Shown here one piece after another: positions 30,279-40,047 of a DNA stretch of 64,000 nt. The DNA comes from Methanocella sp. GTDB taxonomy: Archaea; Thermoproteota; Bathyarchaeia; Bathyarchaeales; Bathycorpusculaceae. Position numbers and translations under genes: made by a program. The notes under the pieces were generated by a model that was not told where the DNA came from, searched no databases, and was given only the letters and a program-made list of their open reading frames with translations. The DNA lies in contig JBLNCY010000010.1 in assembly GCA_050261115.1 (NCBI GenBank), positions 1 to 64,000 of the forward strand. The letters are read 5' to 3'. Positions within the stretch are counted from its first letter, which is position 1, and each line of letters starts with the position of its first letter.

Positions 30279-30883
30279 ACCAGTGATTGGTCTAGTCGGG
30301 CTCTTATGAGTTTAACGAGTTTTTCTCCGTCTTTTGGTATGTTGATGAGGGGAACGTCGGTTGGGTTTTCTGTGTTTGGGGTTTCGGTTACGGGTCCTGT
30401 TATTGCTATAATTGGCTGCTGGGTGCCTTGTAGCGTGCGTTGAAGATCGGCGGAGTCTTTTGCAGTAATAATCTTTGGGATATCTGTCCTTTTAACGATG
30501 AGATTGTGGAAGCCCTCGATGAATACAATATCTAAGTTCTCTTTATCCAGTAGTGCTATGATCTTGTTGAGGTCGTTTAGTTCGCGCCTGGTTTTTCTTA
30601 TGATGTCGATTTCTTGAGGGGCGATAGCCACGACGACTTTACTGCCTGCCGCAGTGTATCGGTAGGTGTTGGTGCCTTCGCGGTCGATGGTGAAGTCTTT
30701 GTGGTGTATATGTTTTATCGCTCCGATGCTGTAGCCCTCTTCTGAGAAGCGACTGATAAGGTACTCTAGCGTCGTTGTTTTTCCTGAACCGCTCGGTCCA
30801 ACGGCGGCAACTACTAAAACCGTTCTTTTTGCACCCGCCCAAATGAATGTAACACGCATATTAGAAATTATGCCCAAGTGCAA
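30275..30883 (-). CDS. mobB: Molybdopterin-guanine dinucleotide biosynthesis protein B
   Basis: GPSGSGKTT, IKHIHH, DREGT and IEGF. Start position uncertain. Confidence 0.9.
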   Translation of the reverse strand: MHLGIISNMRVTFIWAGAKRTVLVVAAVGPSGSGKTTTLEYLISRFSEEGYSIGAIKHIHHKDFTIDREGTNTYRYTAAGSKVVVAIAPQEIDIIRKTRRELNDLNKIIALLDKENLDIVFIEGFHNLIVKRTDIPKIITAKDSADLQRTLQGTQQPIIAITGPVTETPNTENPTDVPLINIPKDGEKLVKLIRARLDQSLV

Positions 30884-30896
30884 GCTTGGGATACTA

Positions 30897-31670
30897 TTAA
30901 TCGTCTGTTTCTGTTTGGTTTTTGCACTTTTCCGCTTCTTCTGGGGTCTGTTTGTTTTCGGTGTAAGGGGTGTTAATTACGTCCTTGACTCGATTAGTTA
31001 TTACTGGGCCAAGTCCATGAACAACTTTTTCCCAGTCATCCACATTGATTAATGCGTTTAGCGGAGTCTGGTATGACTGCAGAATTGCTGTGGCTTTCTC
31101 TCGGCCAATGCTTGGGAGAGACGCAATGAAGTAGACCTGCGCATCGGAGAGTGTGTCACACTTTTTAAATGCATGGACGGTGGCGCTGCGTTTCTCAACG
31201 ATTTGCTCCTGTTTTGCAGCGGTGTAGAGGAAGTCAACAGTTTCCTTCTGGTTGCTGGTGTTGACGATTGCTATGCCGTTTTTTGCAAGGTTAAACATGG
31301 CGCCCCAGATTGCTTGCGGCTGGATGTTGCTGTACTTGTAGATAACTGGCAAGTACCCCTCCAAGAGAATAAGCGACTTGGGGTAAACGTCTTTTAACCT
31401 AAAGAGCTGCTCAAAGAGGAACCGGCGGGTAAGCGTATAGACAAAGTCATTAACGGTTTTCCGTTCAACCGCGCATTGATCTGAAAGTATATAGTCGCCT
31501 TTCTCAAGCATCTGGGTTTTTACGGTTGCGCCCTTTTCTGCTAATCCACTCGCGATCTTTTTTGCGCTGCTGGCTTCTCGGCTATCCATGATAATGGTGG
31601 GTTCTTCGCCCTTCTTCTTTTCGCCAATGAACGATGTGAGCGTTTGGTTTGCGGTCATGGGACGGTGCAC
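30897..31670 (-). CDS. xpf: Short XPF/ERCC4 endonuclease
   Basis: DSRE, GDY and ERKTVND nuclease motifs; HhH LPSIG..GLGP. Confidence 0.92.
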   Translation of the reverse strand: MHRPMTANQTLTSFIGEKKKGEEPTIIMDSREASSAKKIASGLAEKGATVKTQMLEKGDYILSDQCAVERKTVNDFVYTLTRRFLFEQLFRLKDVYPKSLILLEGYLPVIYKYSNIQPQAIWGAMFNLAKNGIAIVNTSNQKETVDFLYTAAKQEQIVEKRSATVHAFKKCDTLSDAQVYFIASLPSIGREKATAILQSYQTPLNALINVDDWEKVVHGLGPVITNRVKDVINTPYTENKQTPEEAEKCKNQTETDD

Positions 31671-31825
31671 TCTTGCTATTGGATACCACTGGTTGGGTTT
31701 ATGTCTTATCGCATTATGTTTTGGGTTTTAAGCTTGTTTGGTTGCCCACGACTACGTCTTATACTTCCGTTTGAGTAGCAGTCGTTCACTCTTTAGACAA
31801 GAAACTGCTCGATGCATAGTTTCTG

Positions 31826-32131
31826 CTATTGACCTTCAATTACTGTAGAGTTTTCAGCCTGCTTTTTCTCGTGTTCCTTTACCATGCGTTTAACTTTTTT
31901 CTCAAGCCGACGTTCATACACATGCTCTGGCACCGGCGGGCCTAGAACCTTCTTCTTATGCAACTCAGAGGGTTGCACAATTCGCTCCTCACCTGCTTTT
32001 ACCTTGACGCGTTCCCCATTGAGGTAGTCGTCAAAATCTTCCATAGCCTGAACAATCCAGTAGCCTTCACTTTCTGTCAGAAGCTTCACTTTGTAGAGTC
32101 CCTTATAGAAAAAGTCCGACATTAAATCCAC
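31826..32131 (-). CDS. Hypothetical protein
   Basis: 101 aa; beta-rich N-terminus and charged helix. Confidence 0.7.
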   Translation of the reverse strand: MDLMSDFFYKGLYKVKLLTESEGYWIVQAMEDFDDYLNGERVKVKAGEERIVQPSELHKKKVLGPPVPEHVYERRLEKKVKRMVKEHEKKQAENSTVIEGQ

Positions 32132-32187
32132 AATAAACTAGTTCGATGTAACTCTAAATAAAGTTTGGATTTTCCTGGCGCACACAC

Positions 32188-33828
32188 TTATTTTTTCCCT
32201 TGTTTCTTACAGGTATTTGAAATTGTTAGTATTATCGTAGGCATGGTGAAGATGCTAAATACTCTTGTGTATTTTGGTGAACCGGCTTTTCGTATGTCTT
32301 CAACGTTTCCGCCGGCCCTGAGGTATCCCTCTATGAAAGCCTCTGCGATGGCTTCTGCCTTAAGGTTGCTTTCGAAGGGTTGTAAATAGTGCCCGCAGTA
32401 ATACAAAAAGACCGCAATATCCCACGCTCTGTCACCACCCTGCTGGGCCTGCTCAAAATCTATTAGGAAAACTGTGCCGTCTGGCTTTACTAATACGTTA
32501 TCTGGTTTGGTATCGCCTAAAACTACATGTTGGTTGTGCACCAGCGCAAGAGTTTGGCCCACCTGCGCCACGATCCCTAAAACTTTGGCGTTTTCGGCTT
32601 CGTCGTTTCCATTTCCGAATTGTTTTATTTGGTTGCTTAAGCTTTCGCCTTCTATATACTCCATGAAAACCAATCGCTCGGCATTACTTGCATAGAGTAT
32701 TTTAGGTACATTGAAGCCGTTGCCATAGAGTAATTCGCTTATGGCGCACTCTTTTGCCAGTCTGGCCTGGCCTGAGACAGAAAAAGACCGCGCTCCAAAA
32801 GACCACAGCGACAATGGGAACCATTTAAAGCCAGACCAATCCTTGAACCGCTTGGCTAACACTTTTCTTTTACCGGCGGTAATCAGGTATACGTCGTTTA
32901 GCATGCCGCCGATTGGTTCCACTTCCACCTCTTGGCTTTGGTCTCTTAACAGGAGTCTTTGTGCATAGCCTTTGATGTCGATTTTGTCGGATAAAGAAAC
33001 CAAGCCCTCGGCGGTTGGGAAAAACACGTATTTTTGGGGGTCAACGAAGCGGCAAGGTTGATCCTGTTGGCGTAACCAATTGATTTTCTGGGTCTTTAGG
33101 AAGGCTCTGGCGTTCTGGCTTACAATACTCATTAATTGAGGAACGACCCCAAACAGCGAGGTAAATAGGGTTCGGGGCATGGTTTTTGCAAGGTTAATTA
33201 TGCGTTTCTTAGGGTTCTGGCAGCTCTCGATGAATTCTTTTGTAATGTAGACATAGCCGTCTTGTTGACGGATTTTATGTTCTGCTTCGAGTTGCTTTAG
33301 CGCTGTAATGTACCCTTGTAGGCTTTTGTCCTCGTTCTGTATTAGGCAACTCGTTAGGTCCGCGACCTCGTAATTTAGTAGTGGAAACACCCTGATGCGA
33401 CTCGAAAAGACTTCATACATGAAGTATTGAGGGAGAATCCGTATGCGTTGAGCAAGTTCTGGAAAGTTTATTACTAGGTTTTCAAGAATTTCAACAATTA
33501 GACGCTGTTTTAGTTCTCTTTCCTTCTCCTGAAGATACTGTCCACCTTCAAAAGCAAAGTACGGAAAAACCAGTTTGCCTGCTATGGCTTCGCCCAGCAA
33601 CCCCCGATCTATATCACGCTCAAAAACCCACTTGTCAACCGCGAAAAAGAAGACAGGTTTGCCCCTGATAAGCTTTAGGTAGCTTAGCAGGCGAGGGGGG
33701 AAGTCATGGAGGATTATCATGACCTCTTTTATCATTCGCTGGTTGGCGGGTCTTTTGGAGTAATCATCCACTTCGGCGATGGCTGCGATTTCTGATTGTC
33801 CAGCAATGTGCCTGGCGAATTCTAGCAT
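32188..33828 (-). CDS. Degenerate nucleotidyltransferase-like domain fused to an APH/RIO-like kinase
   Basis: C-terminal GGMLNDVY, AKRF, MEYIEG, GDTKPDN and IDFEQA. In-frame upstream extension to ATA at 33894. Confidence 0.75.
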   Translation of the reverse strand: MLEFARHIAGQSEIAAIAEVDDYSKRPANQRMIKEVMIILHDFPPRLLSYLKLIRGKPVFFFAVDKWVFERDIDRGLLGEAIAGKLVFPYFAFEGGQYLQEKERELKQRLIVEILENLVINFPELAQRIRILPQYFMYEVFSSRIRVFPLLNYEVADLTSCLIQNEDKSLQGYITALKQLEAEHKIRQQDGYVYITKEFIESCQNPKKRIINLAKTMPRTLFTSLFGVVPQLMSIVSQNARAFLKTQKINWLRQQDQPCRFVDPQKYVFFPTAEGLVSLSDKIDIKGYAQRLLLRDQSQEVEVEPIGGMLNDVYLITAGKRKVLAKRFKDWSGFKWFPLSLWSFGARSFSVSGQARLAKECAISELLYGNGFNVPKILYASNAERLVFMEYIEGESLSNQIKQFGNGNDEAENAKVLGIVAQVGQTLALVHNQHVVLGDTKPDNVLVKPDGTVFLIDFEQAQQGGDRAWDIAVFLYYCGHYLQPFESNLKAEAIAEAFIEGYLRAGGNVEDIRKAGSPKYTRVFSIFTMPTIILTISNTCKKQGKK

Positions 33829-34211
33829 TTCAGCGTAGAGGTCGTCTTTTTTGCTTTTTGCTGGTTTATTTGGCGAAGTTTCCTCTCTCCTTATGGTACT
33901 GATTATATGGGGCGGTATTTAAAACAAGATTGTTGGTGGTCAAAGACCATCGAGGTAAGGTGGGTTATTAAGAATCAGCAAGAGCCTAATCTTGCCTGCT
34001 ACTGGGATATTTCAACTGGAATTTACCTGTATAAAATACATCTTTATTCGGACAATCTCTGAATGCTGACTATTATTACCTAGCTGATAAAGTCTCTGCA
34101 TACCCCAAGCTCAAAACATAACCCCAAAACCGCGCCCCCACAAAAACAACATAAGCTAAATAAACCCAACCATCCCCCCATACACCAAACAACCCCAAAA
34201 AGGAAAAAAGC

Positions 34212-34301
34212 ATGTCCGAAACCTACAAAAAAGAAATTGTACAACACATAATCAAAAACCTACTAGACATCCTGATAGGACAACTCAGCGAAAAAAACTA
34301 A
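34212..34301 (+). CDS. Possible 29-aa amphipathic peptide
   Basis: MSETYKKEIVQHIIKNLLDILIGQLSEKN*, preceded by AGGA. Confidence 0.3.
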   Translation: MSETYKKEIVQHIIKNLLDILIGQLSEKN

Positions 34302-34409
34302 ACATACCATCCAAGCTTGCTCGTTTTAGGCTCGGTCGATTGCCAAGCGGTGGGCTTGTGGGAAAAGCTTTTATCTTCAGCGCCCCTGAGAGAAAACTGA
34401 GGAATTAAA

Positions 34410-35078
34410 GTGACCTTTGAATCAAGCAAAACATTAAGTGGACTCGGCGCGCTTCTTCTCTTTATCTCAGCGATTGTGCTATTTGTATTGCCAACGGCGG
34501 CGCTAGTTGTCGGTATAGCGGGACTTTTAATGCTACTTGTCGGTCTAAACGGCTTAGCTGGTTACTATAAGGAACGCGGGATCTTCAACAACGCTTTATT
34601 CAGCGTAATTATCGCAGTGGTCGGTGCAGTGCTCGTCTTTGTCATAGCCGTATACGTTACTCTATCAAGCATAACGCCAATTATAAACGAGCTATATCCT
34701 GGCTGGAACGGTGACTGGACATCTCTACCAAACATGACACCAAACCCCGACGCTTTTACCTCAGGTGACATCAGCACAATATTACCCTTTTTAACTGGTT
34801 TAGCGGCAATCTGGGTAATAACGTGGGTAGTCGCGATAATCTCAAGCTTCTTTGCTAGACGAGCCTTAAATGCGATAGGTGAAAAATCAGGCACAGGTTT
34901 ATTTGGCACAGCAGGTCTGGTGATTTTGATCGGTGCATTCCTTGGCGTTGTCTTCTTCGGTTATCTTCTACTATGGATAGGTTTGTTGCTCGCTGCGATT
35001 GCATTCTTCCAACTTCGCCCCTCTGCTCCTCTTGAGCCAACATATACTGCAGCGCCCCCAGAGCCAACAACCCTCTAG
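34410..35078 (+). CDS. DUF996 family membrane protein
   Basis: KTLSGLGALL, YYKERGIFNNAL, SGTGLF.TAG and LLAAIAFF. Confidence 0.85.
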   Translation: MTFESSKTLSGLGALLLFISAIVLFVLPTAALVVGIAGLLMLLVGLNGLAGYYKERGIFNNALFSVIIAVVGAVLVFVIAVYVTLSSITPIINELYPGWNGDWTSLPNMTPNPDAFTSGDISTILPFLTGLAAIWVITWVVAIISSFFARRALNAIGEKSGTGLFGTAGLVILIGAFLGVVFFGYLLLWIGLLLAAIAFFQLRPSAPLEPTYTAAPPEPTTL

Positions 35079-35197
35079 CCATTTTTTCTTTCTTTTTTAT
35101 TTTCGCTAACTTCAAAGACTGGTAAGTATGCCGTCGTTCATGATTAGGCACAGCTTATATCCATAGCGACACATCTTAATTCAGGTTCAGACTCGTC

Positions 35198-36382
35198 ATG
35201 GCAAAGTTCCGCTTAGCTGTCTTCAACACTCAACCCCCCCACCGTTACTACGGCGGAGTAGAGCGGCGCATAATAGAGGTTACCGGTCGCCTGCAAAGCG
35301 AAGCGGACATAACCGTCTATAGCGGAAGTAAAGCCGGCTTCAAAACACCCCTCACCCTTAACGGCGTATGCTTTGTTCCCGCCAAATCAACCGACTTAGT
35401 TTTTCCACTAGATAACTGGACATACAACCGAAGCATAAACAAAACCCCCTCGGTGTTTGAAGTCGATGTTTTTGAAGCACACAACAACAGTGCCTACAGC
35501 CTACCCAAAACTCTGTTCAAGCGAGCCGTAAATAAGCCCTTCATACACATTATCCATGGCACCTTAGCCGACGAGTATGAACAGGGAAAAAAAGGACCCC
35601 AATCACTAAGAAGCAGACTAGCCAATGCCTACATGAAGCATCAAGCACAACAAGAAAAAAACATGGCCAAACACGCTACCGTCATAGTTACAATAAGCAA
35701 ATACTCAAAAACAAAAATAATCGAACACTATGGCGTCGATGAAGAGAAAATCCGCATTGTCCCAAACGGTGTGGACACAGAGAAATTCCGACCCACCAAC
35801 CAAGCGGCCGCCAAACAAGAACTCAAACTGGACGCGGCGCCAACGGTTCTTTTTATGGGCAGCTTAGTTCCTCGCAAGGGCTTACTTTATCTGGTTGAAG
35901 CCGCCAAAACGGTAGTCAAGCAGGAGACAGACGCGCGGTTCCTTATCGTTGGTAGCGGTCCGCAGAAGGAACAAATAACGGCAGCGGTAGCTTCAGCAGG
36001 CTTAAGCGGTAACTTTGTTTTTCTTGGCAACCTCCCAGAAAATCAGTTGGTGGCAGCGTATAATGCGGCTGACGTATTTGTTTTGCCTTCGGTGCAGGAG
36101 GGTCAGGGGATTGTATTGCTTGAGGCCCAGGCGTGCGGCAAGCCGGTGGCTGCTTTTGGCATAGGTGGAGTCAACGAGGTTGTCCGCGGCGGTGAAACGG
36201 GTTTCTTGTCAAGCCCCGGCGACATTGCAGGTTTAGCGGAGGCCTTAATGAGGATGTTAGGTGATGGGTCGTTGCGTGGCCGTATGGGGGCTGCAGGTCG
36301 CAGATTTGTGGAGGAAAACTACACTTGGGACCTCTGTGCTCAACGAATGTTAGCCACCTATAAGGCTGCTTTAGCAGAGTGA
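35198..36382 (+). CDS. Glycosyltransferase family 4
   Basis: GGVE, PNGVD, RKG and EGQGIVLLEAQACGKP. Confidence 0.95.
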   Translation: MAKFRLAVFNTQPPHRYYGGVERRIIEVTGRLQSEADITVYSGSKAGFKTPLTLNGVCFVPAKSTDLVFPLDNWTYNRSINKTPSVFEVDVFEAHNNSAYSLPKTLFKRAVNKPFIHIIHGTLADEYEQGKKGPQSLRSRLANAYMKHQAQQEKNMAKHATVIVTISKYSKTKIIEHYGVDEEKIRIVPNGVDTEKFRPTNQAAAKQELKLDAAPTVLFMGSLVPRKGLLYLVEAAKTVVKQETDARFLIVGSGPQKEQITAAVASAGLSGNFVFLGNLPENQLVAAYNAADVFVLPSVQEGQGIVLLEAQACGKPVAAFGIGGVNEVVRGGETGFLSSPGDIAGLAEALMRMLGDGSLRGRMGAAGRRFVEENYTWDLCAQRMLATYKAALAE

Positions 36383-36901
36383 CACATTAACTGATTGGGC
36401 AAGGCGCCTAAACTCTTCCTCACTCATCCATTCAGTTCGGAGGTAGTGGCGTATGCGTTCGTCGCTTAGGCCCAACCGTTTGGCTTCTGCAACACAGTAA
36501 CGGTAGGCTTCGATTTCTGTGGGACGATCGACATATGCGTAGCGGGGATCGAATAGTTCTTTGCCATCCATGAATTGCTTCACATGGTATAACTCGTGGA
36601 TTAAATCAAGGTAAATGTCGACTCTGTTGCCAGTGTTAAGATAGCCTTTGCTCACGACCAAATGTCCGTCAGAGCCGTCCACGTACATGTAACCGTTAAG
36701 CCAGCTTAACTCAACAATTAAGTCGCCAAGCACATCCGTTGTTTTTTCTCCAAAGATGCCCTGAACCGCCGCTACCTTATCAAAGCCCTTGAAGTATTGA
36801 AGAAAAGTCGTTTTCTGGTTGCCGATGCTTAGGGGGTTAATTGGGAACCTGCGGAGCATACGCATTAACCTAAACAGGACAAATTCTATACTACCTGGCA
36901 A
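36371..36901 (-). CDS. HExxH metallopeptidase-like protein
   Basis: LIHELYHVKQ..YVDRPTEIEAY. Confidence 0.75.
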   Translation of the reverse strand: MPGSIEFVLFRLMRMLRRFPINPLSIGNQKTTFLQYFKGFDKVAAVQGIFGEKTTDVLGDLIVELSWLNGYMYVDGSDGHLVVSKGYLNTGNRVDIYLDLIHELYHVKQFMDGKELFDPRYAYVDRPTEIEAYRYCVAEAKRLGLSDERIRHYLRTEWMSEEEFRRLAQSVNVSLC

Positions 36902-36913
36902 CTATACTCCCCC

Positions 36914-38275
36914 CTACTTATATGCGGATAAATATTCAAGCCTCATCCCCCGACGCGCCAAATCAGACAAGTCCTCAACTGAACCTATACTGGCATCAAC
37001 GTTTCGATGGATTGGGTGACTCCAGAGACCCTCAGGCGATAGGTTGAATTGCAAGGGAACCCGTATGTTAAGGTGGTACTTCTCGTTTAAGCCCTTAATT
37101 AAATTGCCCTTACTGCATGCGGCGCGTGCATTAACGTAGCTTTGCAGCAGCTGCGAGGCTCCCCATGCGCCGACGCCATGCCAAATTGCGGCGTCCTCGG
37201 GTGAAGCTAAAGAGTAGAGGAAAAATTGCGGCGATGAGGGTGTATCAGCGAAGTTGTAATCAGACAACCTGTCGCCTGAGACAGTGAATTTATCGTCACA
37301 TACGGCAACCGCTACATCCTCGGGGTCTATTGCGTTGGGGTAGAGCGGGGTAGTTTTGTAGGTTACGGTTGCATCGTGGAATTTGCTGTTCTCAAAGTGC
37401 AGTTTGCCCCGGGCGGCGCGTTTTGAGCCATAGCCCTTCTTAGAGTGGGGTACCGTAAGGAGGGTGGTGCGGTTTTTCATGCTTCTGCCCATGCATTTGT
37501 ATGCTTCTTCGACTGAGTTGTAGTCTTGGTTGCTTTCGCTTATGATGTAGTGAAGTAGGCCTTCTTTGTTTTCGGCTCTTAATGTAGAAAGCGGCATACG
37601 TAACGAGTGCAGCATTAGGTCCATGCTGAAGAACTCTGAGAGATCCTTTAGCTGGATGTACTTTATGGTGTCGCAGAAGTCGAGGTAGTTGCCGTTGCTT
37701 TCTCTAAGCTGTTCTGTGATGAGTTCAGTCTCTTTTTTTGAGATCATCGAGCCATCGTATTTTTTGGCGTATTCCTCATCAACCCTTAAGCTTGCGGTGG
37801 TGACGTTGGCAACGGGGAACGCGCTTTGCCCGCTTTCAACTATGGATCGCTTTAGGGGATTCATGGAGTAGCGGTCTGCTTCCACGTCGTCAGTGTTGAG
37901 AAGAAACGGTACAATGTATCCTTCTGAGGGTTTCTTTAGCAACTCCCACAGTGCCGCTATATCGTCTGGGGTTGGTTCATGTAAGCCGCGTTCAAGGAAA
38001 TAGTTCGCGGCGGTTGCAAACAGTTTGGTTCCGATTATACCTTGAACTTCCTCAACGGTTAACTGCGGATTAGTGTACTCAACGGAGCTACGAAGATAAA
38101 ACCGGTCATCCACAAATGGCACACTCACCTTTTGACCATTAACCAAGCGGAACAGGGTTACTTTGCGGTTGGATGATTGATTCTTCGAATTGGCGGCGCC
38201 TTGGCAGAGAACCTTTACCGCTTGAAAGGAGGTCTTTAAGAAGTCCTCTAACAGTAGCCTGCAGTAATCTTCCAT
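36914..38275 (-). CDS. Unknown 453-aa protein
   Basis: Long ORF in an operon with 3-bp and 12-bp gaps. No family recognised. Confidence 0.8.
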   Translation of the reverse strand: MEDYCRLLLEDFLKTSFQAVKVLCQGAANSKNQSSNRKVTLFRLVNGQKVSVPFVDDRFYLRSSVEYTNPQLTVEEVQGIIGTKLFATAANYFLERGLHEPTPDDIAALWELLKKPSEGYIVPFLLNTDDVEADRYSMNPLKRSIVESGQSAFPVANVTTASLRVDEEYAKKYDGSMISKKETELITEQLRESNGNYLDFCDTIKYIQLKDLSEFFSMDLMLHSLRMPLSTLRAENKEGLLHYIISESNQDYNSVEEAYKCMGRSMKNRTTLLTVPHSKKGYGSKRAARGKLHFENSKFHDATVTYKTTPLYPNAIDPEDVAVAVCDDKFTVSGDRLSDYNFADTPSSPQFFLYSLASPEDAAIWHGVGAWGASQLLQSYVNARAACSKGNLIKGLNEKYHLNIRVPLQFNLSPEGLWSHPIHRNVDASIGSVEDLSDLARRGMRLEYLSAYK

Positions 38276-38278
38276 AAA

Positions 38279-39118
38279 TTATCCTCGCTCTAATGATTCA
38301 GCCAGATATATACAATTTTTTGCCTCAAAATTGCCTAAAAACATGCGAGTAACCGTAAACTCTTCCTTAAAGCCAATGCTTGCGAGCATATCAAGCAGAA
38401 CGCTGTCAGATTTTGAGGCGACCATGTAGACCCTTCTGTCGGTGGCTTTTGCGAGGGCGGAGGCTATCAGTTTACCTGCAACGTCATATCTTGAGGGATG
38501 ACAAATTAGTGGTCCTACCCATGCCATCGAGGCATAAATCGTTGCTGCCACATAACCAGCAACATGCCCCCGCTCAGAAATATAGTACCCTACATTGCCA
38601 TCTTCAAGAACTATTGATTCAAGCAGACGACTGCGATCGCCACCGAAAAAAAAGTTATCAAATTTGGCGATTCTTGGAAGGTTTTCTTTATCTATCCGGT
38701 GTACTCCGGCAAACTCTACTGGAGCAATCCTATCGGCGCATAGCAAAACAAAATCCTGTTCAGCGTTAAAGCCAAGCTTGTTATAGAAACCTCTGAGTTG
38801 GGGATAAGCATACAGCCCAACTGTCTCTATGCCGCTATCACGCAAGTAGTTTACGGCGTGATTTACAAGCATGCTTCCTGCGCCTTTTCTTCGCCATCTG
38901 GGGTCTACGATGAGGTTTCCGAACCAACCCAGTTTGCCGTAGCTTATACAGGTAGCTATACCAATCGGTTTTGTGTCTTCGAGGAGCAGAAAGCTGCCGT
39001 GGGGTTCAAGTGAAGCCATGAATGTGAAGTCTTCGGGCGCCATGTTCCAATCCATGGTGTTAGCAAGCTTTACTGCGAAGTCGAAGTTACTTGGCTTTAA
39101 GGGTTTAATGTGGAACAT
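38279..39118 (-). CDS. Tandem GNAT N-acetyltransferase (YitH-like)
   Basis: VDPRWRRKGAG, FYNKLGF and FGGDRSRLL. Confidence 0.88.
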   Translation of the reverse strand: MFHIKPLKPSNFDFAVKLANTMDWNMAPEDFTFMASLEPHGSFLLLEDTKPIGIATCISYGKLGWFGNLIVDPRWRRKGAGSMLVNHAVNYLRDSGIETVGLYAYPQLRGFYNKLGFNAEQDFVLLCADRIAPVEFAGVHRIDKENLPRIAKFDNFFFGGDRSRLLESIVLEDGNVGYYISERGHVAGYVAATIYASMAWVGPLICHPSRYDVAGKLIASALAKATDRRVYMVASKSDSVLLDMLASIGFKEEFTVTRMFLGNFEAKNCIYLAESLERG

Positions 39119-39257
39119 ACAGAGAATACTTGGGGAACAGAGAATTAAAGTCTGCTAAAGCTGTGATGTTGGCCTGTTACAACAAACGATTTTATTTTCC
39201 GCAACGTATTGAGGCATGATACGTTCTGCAGAATAGAATATAAATGCTCTAATTATT

Positions 39258-40046
39258 TTGGCAGGGAGTAGAATTTTGGTTTTTAGGGTTAGACATCGAG
39301 GTCTTCTTTTAGTAATAGTGTGGGTACTGGTGATGCTAACCGCGTTTTCAGCCTTAACATTCCTTGAGGGCACATTCTATGCGTTGCCAGATAGCCACGT
39401 GATCGTCAGTGTTGGCTGGGCAGGTTACGTTGTTAGTAGCAGCTTCAACCAACGGCAGGATATTACCGCTGTGAGTGCCTCATGGATTGTACCCGAAGTA
39501 GACGCCTCGGCAGGCGAGGGGCATTCATCGACTTGGATAGGTATAGGTGGACAGGAAGATAAGACGCTTATTCAGGTGGGAACCGAGCAGGACGTTGTGG
39601 GGGATAACGTGTATTATCACGCGTGGTATGAGATGCTGCCGGATTATGCAATAAAAATCGAGGGGCTAACAGTAGAGCCAGGGCACCATATTACAGCAAC
39701 CATTAGACTATTCGACTCGGAGTCTAACGAATGGAATATTCAATTAATTAACGATGACAATGGTCAGAGTTTTAACAGGAATTTTGTTTACAACTCTACC
39801 CGGTCCTCTGGAGAATGGGTAATGGAGCGGCCAACAATAGGGGGCCAAATCAGCACCCTTGCAGCGTTTGGGGCGGTTACATTCACTGAGTGCACTGTAA
39901 CGGTGGGTAATCAAACGGGGGGAATTAGCGACTTTTCGTATTCTGTAGTGCATATGACAAATCAACAGTATGGCAGGTTAGCAACCACTCTAGAATTAAA
40001 TGAAGATGGAAGAAGCTTCTCAGTCGTTTATGACAGTAGTAGCTAA
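39258..40046 (+). CDS. Peptidase G1 (glutamic peptidase) family, secreted
   Basis: WAGY, WIGIGG, LIQVGT, WYEMLP and EWVMERP (catalytic Q and E); signal anchor. Confidence 0.88.
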   Translation: MAGSRILVFRVRHRGLLLVIVWVLVMLTAFSALTFLEGTFYALPDSHVIVSVGWAGYVVSSSFNQRQDITAVSASWIVPEVDASAGEGHSSTWIGIGGQEDKTLIQVGTEQDVVGDNVYYHAWYEMLPDYAIKIEGLTVEPGHHITATIRLFDSESNEWNIQLINDDNGQSFNRNFVYNSTRSSGEWVMERPTIGGQISTLAAFGAVTFTECTVTVGNQTGGISDFSYSVVHMTNQQYGRLATTLELNEDGRSFSVVYDSSS

Positions 40047-40047
40047 C

